Shown here: positions 51,774-61,415 of the stretch, one piece after another | Layout of the letters: each line of letters opens with the position of its first letter | How positions within the stretch are numbered: the first letter of the stretch is position 1 | NCBI GenBank assembly: GCA_963842525.1 | Contig: CAWJGT010000023.1 | Location: forward strand, 1-64,000 | Direction of reading: 5' to 3' | Source of the DNA: an uncultured Holophagales bacterium | GTDB lineage: Bacteria > Acidobacteriota > Thermoanaerobaculia > Multivoradales > UBA5704 | DNA length: 64,000 nt | Made by a program: the position numbers and the translations under genes | Notes under the pieces: model-generated | Told to the model about the DNA's origin: nothing | What the model saw: only the letters and a program-made list of their open reading frames with translations | Databases searched by the model: none

Positions 51774-53045
51774 TCACGGCAACGCCCGCGAACGCCCCTC
51801 TCCTGGGGTCAGCCCACGGGCCTGGCAGATCTCCAGGACCTCCACCTCCTCGAGGACGGCCGGCGCGTTCTTGGCACGCTGGAAGATCTCCTTCACCAGG
51901 TCGGGAGCGGCCTCGATCCCGCGCTCCTGGAGCCAGTAGACGACGTTCGACTCTCCGCTCATCGGCCCGATCTCGATCGTCTGATGGCAGCCGATCAGGC
52001 TCGCCGGCACCGAGGAGTAGACCCGGTCCGCGAGCCAGTCCTCGCCGCGGGCACGCGCCTTGATGATGGCCGCCGCATGGACGCCGGTGCCCGTGCGGAA
52101 GGCGTCCCGGCCTACCACCGGATAGTTGTCCGGCAGCGGCACCCCGGTCTTTTCGGCGACGAACCGGCAGTACTCCCGGAGACGGTGGAGGTCGCGGTCG
52201 ATCCAGCCCAGGAGCTGCATGTTGACCAGCAGCAGGTCGATCGGGCAGTTGCCGACCCGCTCGCCGATGCCGACGGCCGTGCCGTGCAGGCGGTCGGCCC
52301 CGGCCTCCGCCGCGGCGAGCGCATTGATCACCCCGAGGTCGCGGTCCCTGTGGCCGTGCCAGTCGACCTGGACGTCCTCGCCGGTCGCGTCCACCACCTC
52401 GCGGATGAAGCGGATCACGTTGCGCGCCCCGTTGGGCGTCGCATGGCCGACCGTGTCGGACACACAGACCCGCCGCGCCCCGGCCTCGACCGCCTCGGTA
52501 TAGAGGCGCCGCAGGTCCTCCGGCTTGGCCCGGGTCGTGTCCTCGGTGACGTACATCACCGGCAACCCCTCCTTGACGGCGAACTCGACCGACTCGCGCG
52601 TCAGGTGGAGCATGCGGTCGATCGTCCACCCTTCCGCGTACTGGCGGATCGGCGAGGAGCCGAGGAAGCAGGCCACCTCGATGGGGATGCCCACCCGCTG
52701 CGAGATCTCGACGACCGGCCGGATGTCGACGATCACCGTCCGGGCGGCGCAGTTGGGGAAAATCCGGAGCCGGCTCTGGACGATCTCGCGGGCCAGGGCC
52801 TCGACGTCCTTCACCACATGGGGCCCGGCGCCGGGGAGCCCGAGGTCGGCCGACTCGATCCCGAGCTCGGCGATCATGTGGAGGATACGGATCTTGTCCT
52901 CGATCGAGGGCGAGCGGACCGACGGGGATTGGAGACCGTCGCGCAGCGTCTCGTCGTCCAGCTCGACGCGCCCGCGCGCCGGCCGCAGGTCGGGTCCGCC
53001 GGCCCGGTTCCAGTCGTAGATCAGCTCGGATTCCTTCAAGCTCAC
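51774..53045 (-). CDS. LeuA-family (DRE-TIM) acyltransferase lacking the C-terminal regulatory domain
   Basis: DETLRDGLQ, DTVGHATP, HGHRDR, GIGERVGN, TGVHAAA, GPMSGESN. Confidence 0.85.
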   Translation of the reverse strand: MSLKESELIYDWNRAGGPDLRPARGRVELDDETLRDGLQSPSVRSPSIEDKIRILHMIAELGIESADLGLPGAGPHVVKDVEALAREIVQSRLRIFPNCAARTVIVDIRPVVEISQRVGIPIEVACFLGSSPIRQYAEGWTIDRMLHLTRESVEFAVKEGLPVMYVTEDTTRAKPEDLRRLYTEAVEAGARRVCVSDTVGHATPNGARNVIRFIREVVDATGEDVQVDWHGHRDRDLGVINALAAAEAGADRLHGTAVGIGERVGNCPIDLLLVNMQLLGWIDRDLHRLREYCRFVAEKTGVPLPDNYPVVGRDAFRTGTGVHAAAIIKARARGEDWLADRVYSSVPASLIGCHQTIEIGPMSGESNVVYWLQERGIEAAPDLVKEIFQRAKNAPAVLEEVEVLEICQARGLTPGEGRSRALP

Positions 53046-53125
53046 TCGGGTCTCTCCCTTCGGGACGATTATAGACGGAGGCGAGGAAATCCTTGCCGGC
53101 GAAGACTTTGGGGGAGCGTCCGTGC

Positions 53126-54223
53126 TCAGCGGCGGGTGAGGACCGACTCCGCCACCGTCCGCGCGAGGAGGTCGCCCACCTGCGAGGTGGTCATCGACCC
53201 GCCGAGGTCTGGCGTGGTCTGCCCTTCGCGGACCGAGCGGGCCACCGCCTCCTCGAGCGCCAGGGCGGCCTCGGCGTGGCCGAGGGTGTCCAACATCAGC
53301 GAGGCGGACAGCACGGCGCCGACCGGGTTGGCGCGGCCGGTGCCGGCATACTTGGGGGCCGAGCCATGCACCGGCTCGAACATCGACGTCTGCCCAGGAT
53401 GGAGATTGGCCGAGCCGGCCATCCCCAGGCCGCCCTGGAGAGCCGCGCCGAGGTCCGTAATGATGTCGCCGAACATGTTGTTGGTGACGATCACGTCGAA
53501 GCTCTCGGGCTTGAGCACCATCTGCATGGTCAGGGCGTCGACGAACATGTGGCGCTTCTCGATCTGCGGGTACTCGGCGCCGATCTCGGCAAAGGCGCGC
53601 TGCCAGAGGTCGTGCCCGTAGCGCATCACGTTCGACTTGTCGCTCATCAGAACCTCGCGCCGGTCGTGCCGCACCGCGTACTCGAACGCGGCGCGGAGGA
53701 TGCGCTCGACCCCCTTGCGGGTGTGGATCTCCTCCTGCACGGCGATCTCGTCCGCGGTCCCCTTCTTGAAGTTGCCGCCGACGTTGACGTAGGCCCCCTC
53801 GGTGTTCTCCCGGAAGACCACCATGTCGACGTCCTTCTCGGACTTGCCGGCGAGCGGGCAGAGACGGCGGTCGTAGAGCTTGATCGGCCGGAGATTGATA
53901 TAGAGGTCCAGACCGAAGCGGATCCCCAGGAGGATGTCGGCCGCGTGCTTCATGTCGGGCACCCGGGGGTCGCCGTAGGCGCCGATGAAAATGGCCGCGT
54001 AGTTCCGCCGGAAGTCGTCGAGAGCGCCGGGCGGGAGCGTCTCGCCCGTGGTGAGATAGCGGTCCGCGTCCCAGTCGAACCGGACCAGCTCCAGGGGCAA
54101 GTCCCAGGCTTCTGCCGCGGCCTCCAGGACCTTGACCGCCTCGGCGGTCACGTCCTTGCCGATGCCGTCGCCGGGCAGCACGGCGATGCGTTGTTTCGCG
54201 GCGGGGGTGTGACTTGCGGTCAT
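53126..54223 (-). CDS. 3-isopropylmalate/tartrate dehydrogenase family enzyme
   Basis: LPGDGIG, NLRP, FRENTEG, DKSNV, NMFGDIITD, FEPVHGSAP. Confidence 0.9.
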   Translation of the reverse strand: MTASHTPAAKQRIAVLPGDGIGKDVTAEAVKVLEAAAEAWDLPLELVRFDWDADRYLTTGETLPPGALDDFRRNYAAIFIGAYGDPRVPDMKHAADILLGIRFGLDLYINLRPIKLYDRRLCPLAGKSEKDVDMVVFRENTEGAYVNVGGNFKKGTADEIAVQEEIHTRKGVERILRAAFEYAVRHDRREVLMSDKSNVMRYGHDLWQRAFAEIGAEYPQIEKRHMFVDALTMQMVLKPESFDVIVTNNMFGDIITDLGAALQGGLGMAGSANLHPGQTSMFEPVHGSAPKYAGTGRANPVGAVLSASLMLDTLGHAEAALALEEAVARSVREGQTTPDLGGSMTTSQVGDLLARTVAESVLTRR

Positions 54224-55086
54224 GCAGCGGATGCTAGCACGACGCCTGCCGCTGCTCCGGAGCCCTCGCGGCGCTCCGGACAGCCCGGAATATCTCCGGC
54301 ACGCAGCAGCACGGGGCTCGCCACCCGCCCCGCCGCGGGATGGGGGACGGATGGCGGCATGGCGACCTTGGGAACGAGCCCGAGCTCGAAGACGAAGGGG
54401 ATCTCCGGGCAGAGGAACGCCGAATGCAGCGGGGGCCAGTCCCCAATCCCATCGGCGGGCGCCAGGAGTCGCCGGAGGAAGAGGTCTGCGCCGCGCACCT
54501 CGGCGTGGAGCGGCCAGCTCGCGGCCGGAGGGTGGCGCGCCTCCAGCTTGTGGAGGACGCCCGAGTCCTCGGCATAGCCGCGCGGCCGCTCGTGGAAATA
54601 GCGGACCGTCTGCTCCCAGGAGCCGAGTCGGGGGCCCTCCCCCACCTGCGGGCTGTCCTGCCAGGCCCGGGCCTCGAAAGGTGCTCCGCCGCGCCGCGCC
54701 TGCCAGAGCCACGGACCCTGACCCGGATCGCGCGACGGCCGCGGGAAATGGAGCCAGGCGCGGCAGGCGGGCTGGTGGGTGAGCAGCCGGACGCCCGGGG
54801 CCACCCAGGAGGGCATCAGCATCCGGCGGAAGAGGGCCGCGGGGGCCCCCTCGCCGTCCAGCACGTAGAGCCGCAGGTTCATCTGCGGAAAGCCAAAGCG
54901 CAGGAGCGGCACGCCCGGGAAATGGACGGCGTCCTGGTGGAAGAGCACCGCGGAGGCGAAGACATAGTCCCGCCCCTGCCAGGAGTGGAGCTGGTACCGC
55001 AGCGGCGGCGGGGGCTCCGGGAGCCTTTCGGCCGGCAGGGCCCAGTTGAGGTAAAGGCAGTCGCGAACCATCATCTGCAGCTTCAT
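54220..55086 (-). CDS. DUF2071 (YqjF-like) protein
   Basis: CLYLNWALP, FPQMNLRLYV, YFHERPRGY, WPLH. Confidence 0.65.
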   Translation of the reverse strand: MKLQMMVRDCLYLNWALPAERLPEPPPPLRYQLHSWQGRDYVFASAVLFHQDAVHFPGVPLLRFGFPQMNLRLYVLDGEGAPAALFRRMLMPSWVAPGVRLLTHQPACRAWLHFPRPSRDPGQGPWLWQARRGGAPFEARAWQDSPQVGEGPRLGSWEQTVRYFHERPRGYAEDSGVLHKLEARHPPAASWPLHAEVRGADLFLRRLLAPADGIGDWPPLHSAFLCPEIPFVFELGLVPKVAMPPSVPHPAAGRVASPVLLRAGDIPGCPERREGSGAAAGVVLASAA

Positions 55087-55187
55087 CGATCGCTGGTCCC
55101 CCCGCTGGTCCCCAGACATCCGCCCGGCCGACCACGGGCCCTCCTGGGAACATTAGCGTGCGGCGGTCCGGGCCGCAAGGCGGGGGA

Positions 55188-57143
55188 TCAACCGGCCTCC
55201 ACCTCCTCGACACAGCGGAATCCGAGGTCGTTGGAGTAGAAGCTGGGCAAGGCGAGGCGCTGCAGGACCGGCAGGCCGTAGATCTGGCAGGTCATGGCCC
55301 ACGAACCGCCGAGGATGGCCTTCTTGCCATCTCCCGCGGAGGTCACGGTCCACTCCTCGACATTGCCCACCATGTCCAGACACCCGCAGGAACTGGCCCC
55401 GCCCGGGAACCTGTCCACCGGCGTCGTCTTGCCTCGACGGCTCTCGGCCGAATTGCAGCGATCGCTCTCGAAGACATCTCCCCAGGGGTAGATCCTGCCG
55501 TCGTCGCCCCGGTAAGCCTTCTTCCACTGGTCGGCCGTCGGCAGGCGCTTGCCGGCCCAACGGCAGTAGGCCTCGGCGTCGTTGTAGCTGACATAGACAA
55601 CCGGATGGTCGGGCAGCTCGTGGAGGCGCCAGTTGCGCGGATCGCCGGCCCTCTCCGCGTCGGTCCGGTAGTGGGTCGCATCCACGAACTGCCGGAACTG
55701 CGCATGGGTCACCGGCGTCTTGTCGATCCGGAACAACGGCAGCTCGACGGTCGTTGGCGCCTCCCTGCCGAGAGCCTTGCGGGCGGCGGTGAGGTCGATC
55801 GTCAGGTCCGCCTTCTCGAGCTGGTCGAGCAGGGCTTCGATCTGCTGCGGCGTCAGGCCCTTCCGGAAGGGGCCGGCGGGCACGACGACCATCTCGCCGG
55901 GGTCGGGCGGGGCGGCGGCCGGAGGAGGCAGGACGAGCGGCTCGCGCTCCTCCTGAGGGGCGGGCGCCTCCTCTCCGCCGTCCGGCTCCTGCCTCGGGCC
56001 GAGATGGATCACGTCCTGGATCCGCCCCGCGACGGCCCGCGCCAGGACCACCAAGCCTCCCGGCGTGCTGGAACGGGACTTCACCGACCGGACCACCTCT
56101 TCGACAGGGCGGCCCTCGCCGAGGACCCACTCGTAGAAATCCGACGCCAGCATCTCGGCGTCCTTGGTCTCGACCGGCCGCTGGTAGGCGATGACCGTCG
56201 GGATGTCCTTCAGCATGGCCAGGGAGGTCGCCAGGCCGGCCAGAGGGGAGCCGAACGGCTCGTTGCCGGTCCAGCAGGCGTTCAGGATGACCCAGCGGAT
56301 CGCAGGCGCTTCGCTCAGCACATTGCGCAGGTCGCGCGCATAGATCCGGCGCTGCCTTCCCTGCTCGTCCTCACCGGCAAAGAATCCTCCCCTTTCGTCC
56401 ACCCCTCCGTGCCCCATGAGGTGGAGGCCGATCACCGGCGAGGTGGCCCGCAACTGGTGGACGAGCTGGACGAGCCGGCCCAGGGTCGGCCGCTCCTCGA
56501 TGACGTGGTAAGCGACCCGGCCGGCGAGGCGGTCGAGCGCGTTGCGCAAGTTCTTGACTTCCCTGGCGAGCGATTCGGTCACCGCCGATTGCGAGAATTC
56601 CTCCGGGTCCGCCTTGACGATGAGGACGCTCGGCTTCTGCAGCGGGTCCGGGGCCGGCGAGCCCGGCGCGTTGCCGAGATAGCGGAGGATCGAAAAGTTG
56701 GCCCGGTTGATCTGGGCGGCCCATTTTTCGTCCAGGGGACACTCGAGCAGCTCCCACGGGAGGTTGGCAAGGTCGCGATGGAGCTCGAGTTTGAGGCGGA
56801 GGGAGTCTCCCGGCCCGAGGAGCTCGCAACTGCGGCCGAGCAGGTCCAGATTGTCCGAATGGGGCGGAAAAAGGAGCCGGAACAGGGCGGCTCCGATCTC
56901 CTCCGGCGACAGCCGCCTCTCTCCATCGGCCTCCTGGACCATCAGGAACCCCACATCTCGCTGGAAGGATAGGGAGATGCCGTCGGCCAGCCACCGCTTC
57001 CGCTCCGCCTTCTTGAACGTGAGCTCCCCGAACGATTCTCCGAAACGCAGTGCCGGGCATTCCGCCACGGCAGTGACGAAACGGTCGCCGCCCTTGCCGG
57101 CGACCTTGTTGACCATGAGGTGGAAGTCAAGGAACCTGGGCAT
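55188..57143 (-). CDS. CHAT (caspase-like) protease fused to an FGE-sulfatase domain
   Basis: LANLPWELL, LHLMGHG and VILNACWT (His-Cys dyad), FY; Pro-rich linker; MVVVPAGPF, PVTHAQFRQFV, HPVVYVSYNDA, RLPT, YPWG, DMVGNVEEW, GGSW, LGFRC; GGGAGG RBS. Confidence 0.88.
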   Translation of the reverse strand: MPRFLDFHLMVNKVAGKGGDRFVTAVAECPALRFGESFGELTFKKAERKRWLADGISLSFQRDVGFLMVQEADGERRLSPEEIGAALFRLLFPPHSDNLDLLGRSCELLGPGDSLRLKLELHRDLANLPWELLECPLDEKWAAQINRANFSILRYLGNAPGSPAPDPLQKPSVLIVKADPEEFSQSAVTESLAREVKNLRNALDRLAGRVAYHVIEERPTLGRLVQLVHQLRATSPVIGLHLMGHGGVDERGGFFAGEDEQGRQRRIYARDLRNVLSEAPAIRWVILNACWTGNEPFGSPLAGLATSLAMLKDIPTVIAYQRPVETKDAEMLASDFYEWVLGEGRPVEEVVRSVKSRSSTPGGLVVLARAVAGRIQDVIHLGPRQEPDGGEEAPAPQEEREPLVLPPPAAAPPDPGEMVVVPAGPFRKGLTPQQIEALLDQLEKADLTIDLTAARKALGREAPTTVELPLFRIDKTPVTHAQFRQFVDATHYRTDAERAGDPRNWRLHELPDHPVVYVSYNDAEAYCRWAGKRLPTADQWKKAYRGDDGRIYPWGDVFESDRCNSAESRRGKTTPVDRFPGGASSCGCLDMVGNVEEWTVTSAGDGKKAILGGSWAMTCQIYGLPVLQRLALPSFYSNDLGFRCVEEVEAG

Positions 57144-57311
57144 CGCGCGCCTCCCTGAAGATGGGCCCCCCTGTTGACCCCGGGGCTCCACGAAATGTTC
57201 AGGCGGCAAGCTCCTGTCCGGCTCTGAACAAAATCCTGAAGCGCGTGTCTCTAGGGGTCCACAGCGCCTGCTCCGGACAGCCCGGCAGGCCGGCCGACTC
57301 CCGAAAGGCGG

Positions 57312-58805
57312 ATGCTCATGCCCGGTGAGAGCCTCGCATATGTCTGGGACGTCTGGGATCTCCTGTTTCCCAAGGATTCTCCCGCCGCCCTCGCGATCAA
57401 CCGCCTGATCGTGGCGTTCTTCCTGGTCGGAGTCCTGGACGCCCTGGCGGCGATCGGGCTCCTCTTCCGGGAGCGGCGCCGGATCCGCCAAGCCGCGAGC
57501 ACCCTGGAGGCCGCAGGGAGCCGCCGCCCGGCCTTGTCCGTCGAAGCGATCATCAAATTCCTCGGCGTCCCCTCCAACAGCACGGTGGCGCAACGCGCCG
57601 CGCGGGCCTTGCAGCTCCGGACGGCCCGGATGGGGGGCCTCCAGCAGACGACCAGCAGCCATCTCGACCGCTATGGGCTGCTGGCCCGTTATGTCGCCGG
57701 CATCCTGACCCTGATCGGCCTGCTGGGGACCGTCCTCGGCCTGAGCTTCGCGCTGTTCAAGATCCAGGGCGCGCTGATGGGCATCGACGAGGTCGAAAAG
57801 CTCCAGGACCTCACGGAAGCCCTCGGCAGCACGCTGAGCGGGATGAAGACGGCCTTCGCCTGCACCCTGGCCGGCCTCGGCACCTCTCTCCTGCTGTCGC
57901 TGGTCAATCACGCCGTCCGCCGCTTCCAGATCTCGCTGGCGGAGCAGCTCGACGATTTCACCTTCCGCGGCCTGCTCCCCTTTTTCGAAAAGCTGGACCC
58001 GGGAGCCGACCAGGCGACGAAAGCTTTCGTCCAGAAGCTCCAGGATTCGGCCGAGGCACTGGACAAGGTCCGCGAGGCCGTCACCTCCGCTGCCGGGCAG
58101 TATGTGGCAGCAAGCACAGGCTTCGCCGGAGCGGTCGGCAAGCTGGAAGGAATCGTCTCTTCCTTCGAAAAAAGCGTCTCCAGGCTGGCCGACAATCAAC
58201 AAGGCTTCACGCAGACGATGGCCGAAACGCGGGATGCGGTCCGCAATCTGAGCTCGGGGATCGAGACGCACAGCGCACGGCTCACGGGCCTCGCCAACGA
58301 GCACAGCACCGCCCTGCGCGCCTCCTCCGATGTCCTGGTCGACCTGGGGCTCAATCTGGGAGCCCTGTTGGAGAAACAGGCCGTGGCCGACAGCGCCGAG
58401 AGCCATCGCCAGCTCCTCGCAACCCTCCAGGGGTTCCCCGATCATTTCAAGCCCATGCTGGCGGAGCACCAGGGCCAGCTCAAAGCCTTCATCGCGAGCG
58501 TCCTCGAGGAGCTGAAGGGCTCCTCGGCGGCGCTGGCCGCCAGGCTCGACCAGGAGCACCGGGAGAAGGCCGGGGAACAGATGAAGAGCCATGGCAAGGC
58601 GTACGAAGAGGCACTCCGGCGGTCGGTCCAGGAGATGGAAAAGCTCATGAAACAGAGCGAGGAGCGTCTGCGCTCCCTGTTCGAATCCCAGGCCACGGCA
58701 CTGCGAGCGGTCTCGGACATGGCCGTGGACCTCCATCACAACGTAAGCCCGCATTTCGAAAGGAATCTCACCGGCAACGGCCGCCCTGCGGCGCCGGGCC
58801 GGTAG
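57312..58805 (+). CDS. ZorA-like MotA/TolQ/ExbB-family membrane protein with a long C-terminal helical tail
   Basis: Three TM segments, LIGLLGTVLG and GMKTAFACTLAG motifs, ~295-aa heptad-rich tail. Confidence 0.8.
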   Translation: MLMPGESLAYVWDVWDLLFPKDSPAALAINRLIVAFFLVGVLDALAAIGLLFRERRRIRQAASTLEAAGSRRPALSVEAIIKFLGVPSNSTVAQRAARALQLRTARMGGLQQTTSSHLDRYGLLARYVAGILTLIGLLGTVLGLSFALFKIQGALMGIDEVEKLQDLTEALGSTLSGMKTAFACTLAGLGTSLLLSLVNHAVRRFQISLAEQLDDFTFRGLLPFFEKLDPGADQATKAFVQKLQDSAEALDKVREAVTSAAGQYVAASTGFAGAVGKLEGIVSSFEKSVSRLADNQQGFTQTMAETRDAVRNLSSGIETHSARLTGLANEHSTALRASSDVLVDLGLNLGALLEKQAVADSAESHRQLLATLQGFPDHFKPMLAEHQGQLKAFIASVLEELKGSSAALAARLDQEHREKAGEQMKSHGKAYEEALRRSVQEMEKLMKQSEERLRSLFESQATALRAVSDMAVDLHHNVSPHFERNLTGNGRPAAPGR

Positions 58806-58814
58806 GAGAGCACC

Positions 58815-59420
58815 ATGGAACGAGGCGATTCCGAAGTGCAGGTGTTTCCCGCTTTTACGGACGTGTTGATGATCGTGATGATCATGCTCGTCTTCTACCT
58901 GTTTGCACAGGCGCTGATTGTCGACCGGTGGGGTAAGGATATCGAGAAGTGCCAACGCGAGATCCGCGAATCCGTCGAAAAGAACGTGCCCGCCGTCCTG
59001 CGCGCGAACATGCAGATCAGCGAGGACGGCAGCATGCAACGCTACACCTTCGCCGACCGGATCCTGTTTGACAGCAGCAAAGCGGACCTGAAGCCCTCCG
59101 GCATGGAGGCATTGAGCGCTCTAGGGCGCACCTTCAAGGAACACGAGAAGACGGTGTTGAGGATCCAGATCGAAGGGCACACCGACAAACGCCCCATTCA
59201 GGGGCAGTTTCCTTCGAACTGGGAGCTGTCGAGCGCCCGTGCCACCTCGGTCGTCCGCTTCCTCCACGATCACTCCAAGCTGGACGCGAAGCTCCTTTCG
59301 GCCACGGGGCTCTCGGAGTTCCATCCGGTCGATCCGGGTGACAGCGAAGAGGCCCTGGCGCGCAACCGTCGCATCGAGGTGGTCGTCATCTGTTCTGTCC
59401 ATTCGGGAAAGCCATCATGA
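58815..59420 (+). CDS. ZorB/MotB-like protein with an OmpA peptidoglycan-binding domain
   Basis: Single TM AFTDVLM with the conserved Asp; ILFDSSKADL, IEGHTD, NWELSSARATSV, RNRRIEV. Confidence 0.9.
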   Translation: MERGDSEVQVFPAFTDVLMIVMIMLVFYLFAQALIVDRWGKDIEKCQREIRESVEKNVPAVLRANMQISEDGSMQRYTFADRILFDSSKADLKPSGMEALSALGRTFKEHEKTVLRIQIEGHTDKRPIQGQFPSNWELSSARATSVVRFLHDHSKLDAKLLSATGLSEFHPVDPGDSEEALARNRRIEVVVICSVHSGKPS

Positions 59421-61414
59421 CGGAAATCAACGGCTCCCGCCCGCTCTCCGAGATCCTCTCGCCGGAATCGCTCGAAGCTCCGGTCGCAGCCGGCCTGGAA
59501 GCGGCCCTGGGGATGGCGCAGCTCACCCGTTTCCCCGCGGTCCATCCTTCGCACATCGCGCTGGCCCTCCTGAGCGCTGACCAGGGATTCCTCGACACGG
59601 CCCTGCGCAAGCGCTTCGCCGGCCTGCGCGCCGCGACGATCACCGAATCCCTCCTGGAGGTGCTGGAGATCGAGGCCGACCTGACCGGCAGCGCCGCCGG
59701 CAGCCTTCCGGGCGAAGGGCTGCCGGCGCCCGAGCACCTGGCGGCGGAGGCGCAGGCGGTGCTCCGGCGGGCCGGCGAGCTGGCCGCCGGGCGCGGCGCG
59801 GCGCACATCGGTCTCCCCCACCTGATCCGCGCCCTGTTCGAGTCGCCTGAGCGCTTCCTCGCCGAGGCCTTCGGCGATGCCGGAGTGACCCCGGCGGACC
59901 TCCAGGACCTGGCGGAAAAGCTCGACGAAGGCGCGGCGTCGCCAACAAGCGCCTCTCCGCCGGCGGTGTTTGCCGGCGGCCGTCTGGACCTTGCGCTCTT
60001 CGGTCCGCTGGCCAGGGCGGCTCTCCAGGCTCTGGCCCGGGCGGCCGCGGCGCAGCCGGACCCGCCGTTGCGCGACGTCGATCTGTTGATCGGTTTTCTC
60101 GAGCGGGAAGATTCCCGCCTGGTCGCCGCGCTCCACCTGCTGGGCGTCCCGGTGGCCGGCGTCCGCCGCGGCCTCGCCTCCCTTTCGGGCCGTCCCTCCG
60201 CCGCCCGCGGCGCCGCCGAGCTGCCCGAGGAGAGGATCGGCCGGCTGCTGCGCAGGGTGCTCGCCGGCGCGGCGGCCCTGGCCGCAAAGGAAGGGTTTCC
60301 CCTCGTCTCCGAGAGCCATCTCCTGCGTGCGCATCTCGACCGGGTGGCCGAGGGCGGCAACAACCTCTATCAGCGTCTGGGCATCGACACGATCCGCCTG
60401 CGCAGCTACCTCCAGCGCTATCCCGAGGACCGGGCCTCCGAAGAGGCCGGGGAGCGCGCCGAGCCCATCGCGGACATCGAAACCTTTCTCCGCTCGCGCG
60501 TCGTCCATCAGGACCACGCGGTGCGCCGCGTCGTGCCGGCCCTCGCCCGCCTGCGCACCGGCATGGCCGAGGCCGGCCGGCCGATGGGCGTCTTCCTGTT
60601 CCTGGGTCCTTCCGGGGTAGGCAAGACCGAGTTGGCGCGCGCCATCGCCGAGGTGGCCTTCGGCCCCAAGTCCGGCGTCCGCGATCCCTACCTCATCAAG
60701 CTCGACTGCGGCAGCTTCGTCGACAAGCGCGACATCGTCCAGCTCCTCGGCGCCGCCCAGGGGCTGGTCGGCTACAAGGAGGGCCAGCTCACCAACGGGC
60801 TGCGTGAAAAGCCCCGCTCGGTGATCCTGTTCAACGAGGCCGAAAAGGCCGACCCCCACATCTGGCAGAGCCTCCTGCCCCTGTTTGAAGACGGCATCGT
60901 CCGCGAGGCCGACGGCACTGAATATGACGCCACGAGCTGCATCGTGGCGGCGACCTCGAACCTCGGCTACAAGGAGGCCATCCAACAGCTCCGGCTCTGG
61001 GACGTCTCGCCCGAGCAGAGGGTCGAGCTCCAGCCGCAGGTCGAGGACCTCGTCTGGTCGCGGGTCGAGGAGTATTTCTCGCCCGAGTTCCGCAGCCGCT
61101 TCGGACGTCAGAACGTCATCTTCTTTCATCACTTCGATCCCGCGAGCTACGAGCACATGGTCCGCATGCAGGTGGAGAGATTGATCGAAGAGATGGAAGA
61201 GCGCGGCTTCGAGGTCAAGGTTCCGGAGAAGGTCCGGAAATTCCTGGCAAAGCTCGCCTGGGACCTGCGGGAAGAGGGCGCGCGCCCGGTGCGCCGGCTG
61301 ATCACCGAGCATCTCCGCGATCAGATCGTCACGGCCGTCACCGCCGACCCGCGGCGCACCGCCTTCCGTTTCACGGCTCTGGAGGGACGAGGGGAAATCG
61401 TCCTCGAGGGCTGA
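59417..61414 (+). CDS. Clp-family ATPase: four Clp-N repeats plus a single D2-type AAA+ module
   Basis: HIALALL, HLIRAL, DLLIGFL and HLLRAHL repeats; RVVHQ, RPMGVFLFLGPSGVGKTELA, GLVGY, VILFNEAEKA, TSNLG, PEFRSR, GARPVRR. Confidence 0.88.
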   Translation: MTEINGSRPLSEILSPESLEAPVAAGLEAALGMAQLTRFPAVHPSHIALALLSADQGFLDTALRKRFAGLRAATITESLLEVLEIEADLTGSAAGSLPGEGLPAPEHLAAEAQAVLRRAGELAAGRGAAHIGLPHLIRALFESPERFLAEAFGDAGVTPADLQDLAEKLDEGAASPTSASPPAVFAGGRLDLALFGPLARAALQALARAAAAQPDPPLRDVDLLIGFLEREDSRLVAALHLLGVPVAGVRRGLASLSGRPSAARGAAELPEERIGRLLRRVLAGAAALAAKEGFPLVSESHLLRAHLDRVAEGGNNLYQRLGIDTIRLRSYLQRYPEDRASEEAGERAEPIADIETFLRSRVVHQDHAVRRVVPALARLRTGMAEAGRPMGVFLFLGPSGVGKTELARAIAEVAFGPKSGVRDPYLIKLDCGSFVDKRDIVQLLGAAQGLVGYKEGQLTNGLREKPRSVILFNEAEKADPHIWQSLLPLFEDGIVREADGTEYDATSCIVAATSNLGYKEAIQQLRLWDVSPEQRVELQPQVEDLVWSRVEEYFSPEFRSRFGRQNVIFFHHFDPASYEHMVRMQVERLIEEMEERGFEVKVPEKVRKFLAKLAWDLREEGARPVRRLITEHLRDQIVTAVTADPRRTAFRFTALEGRGEIVLEG

Positions 61415-61415
61415 G

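Noticed and set aside
55188-59039. 1283-aa ORF in the track
   Set aside because: Its first ~630 aa are the antisense shadow of the ZorAB-like genes. The real gene starts at ATG 57143 after a GGGAGG RBS.
57312-59420. Flagellar stator motAB or exbBD/tolQR
   Set aside because: No flagellar, tonB or tol genes nearby; the A subunit has a ~295-aa tail; the B subunit has an OmpA domain unlike ExbD/TolR.
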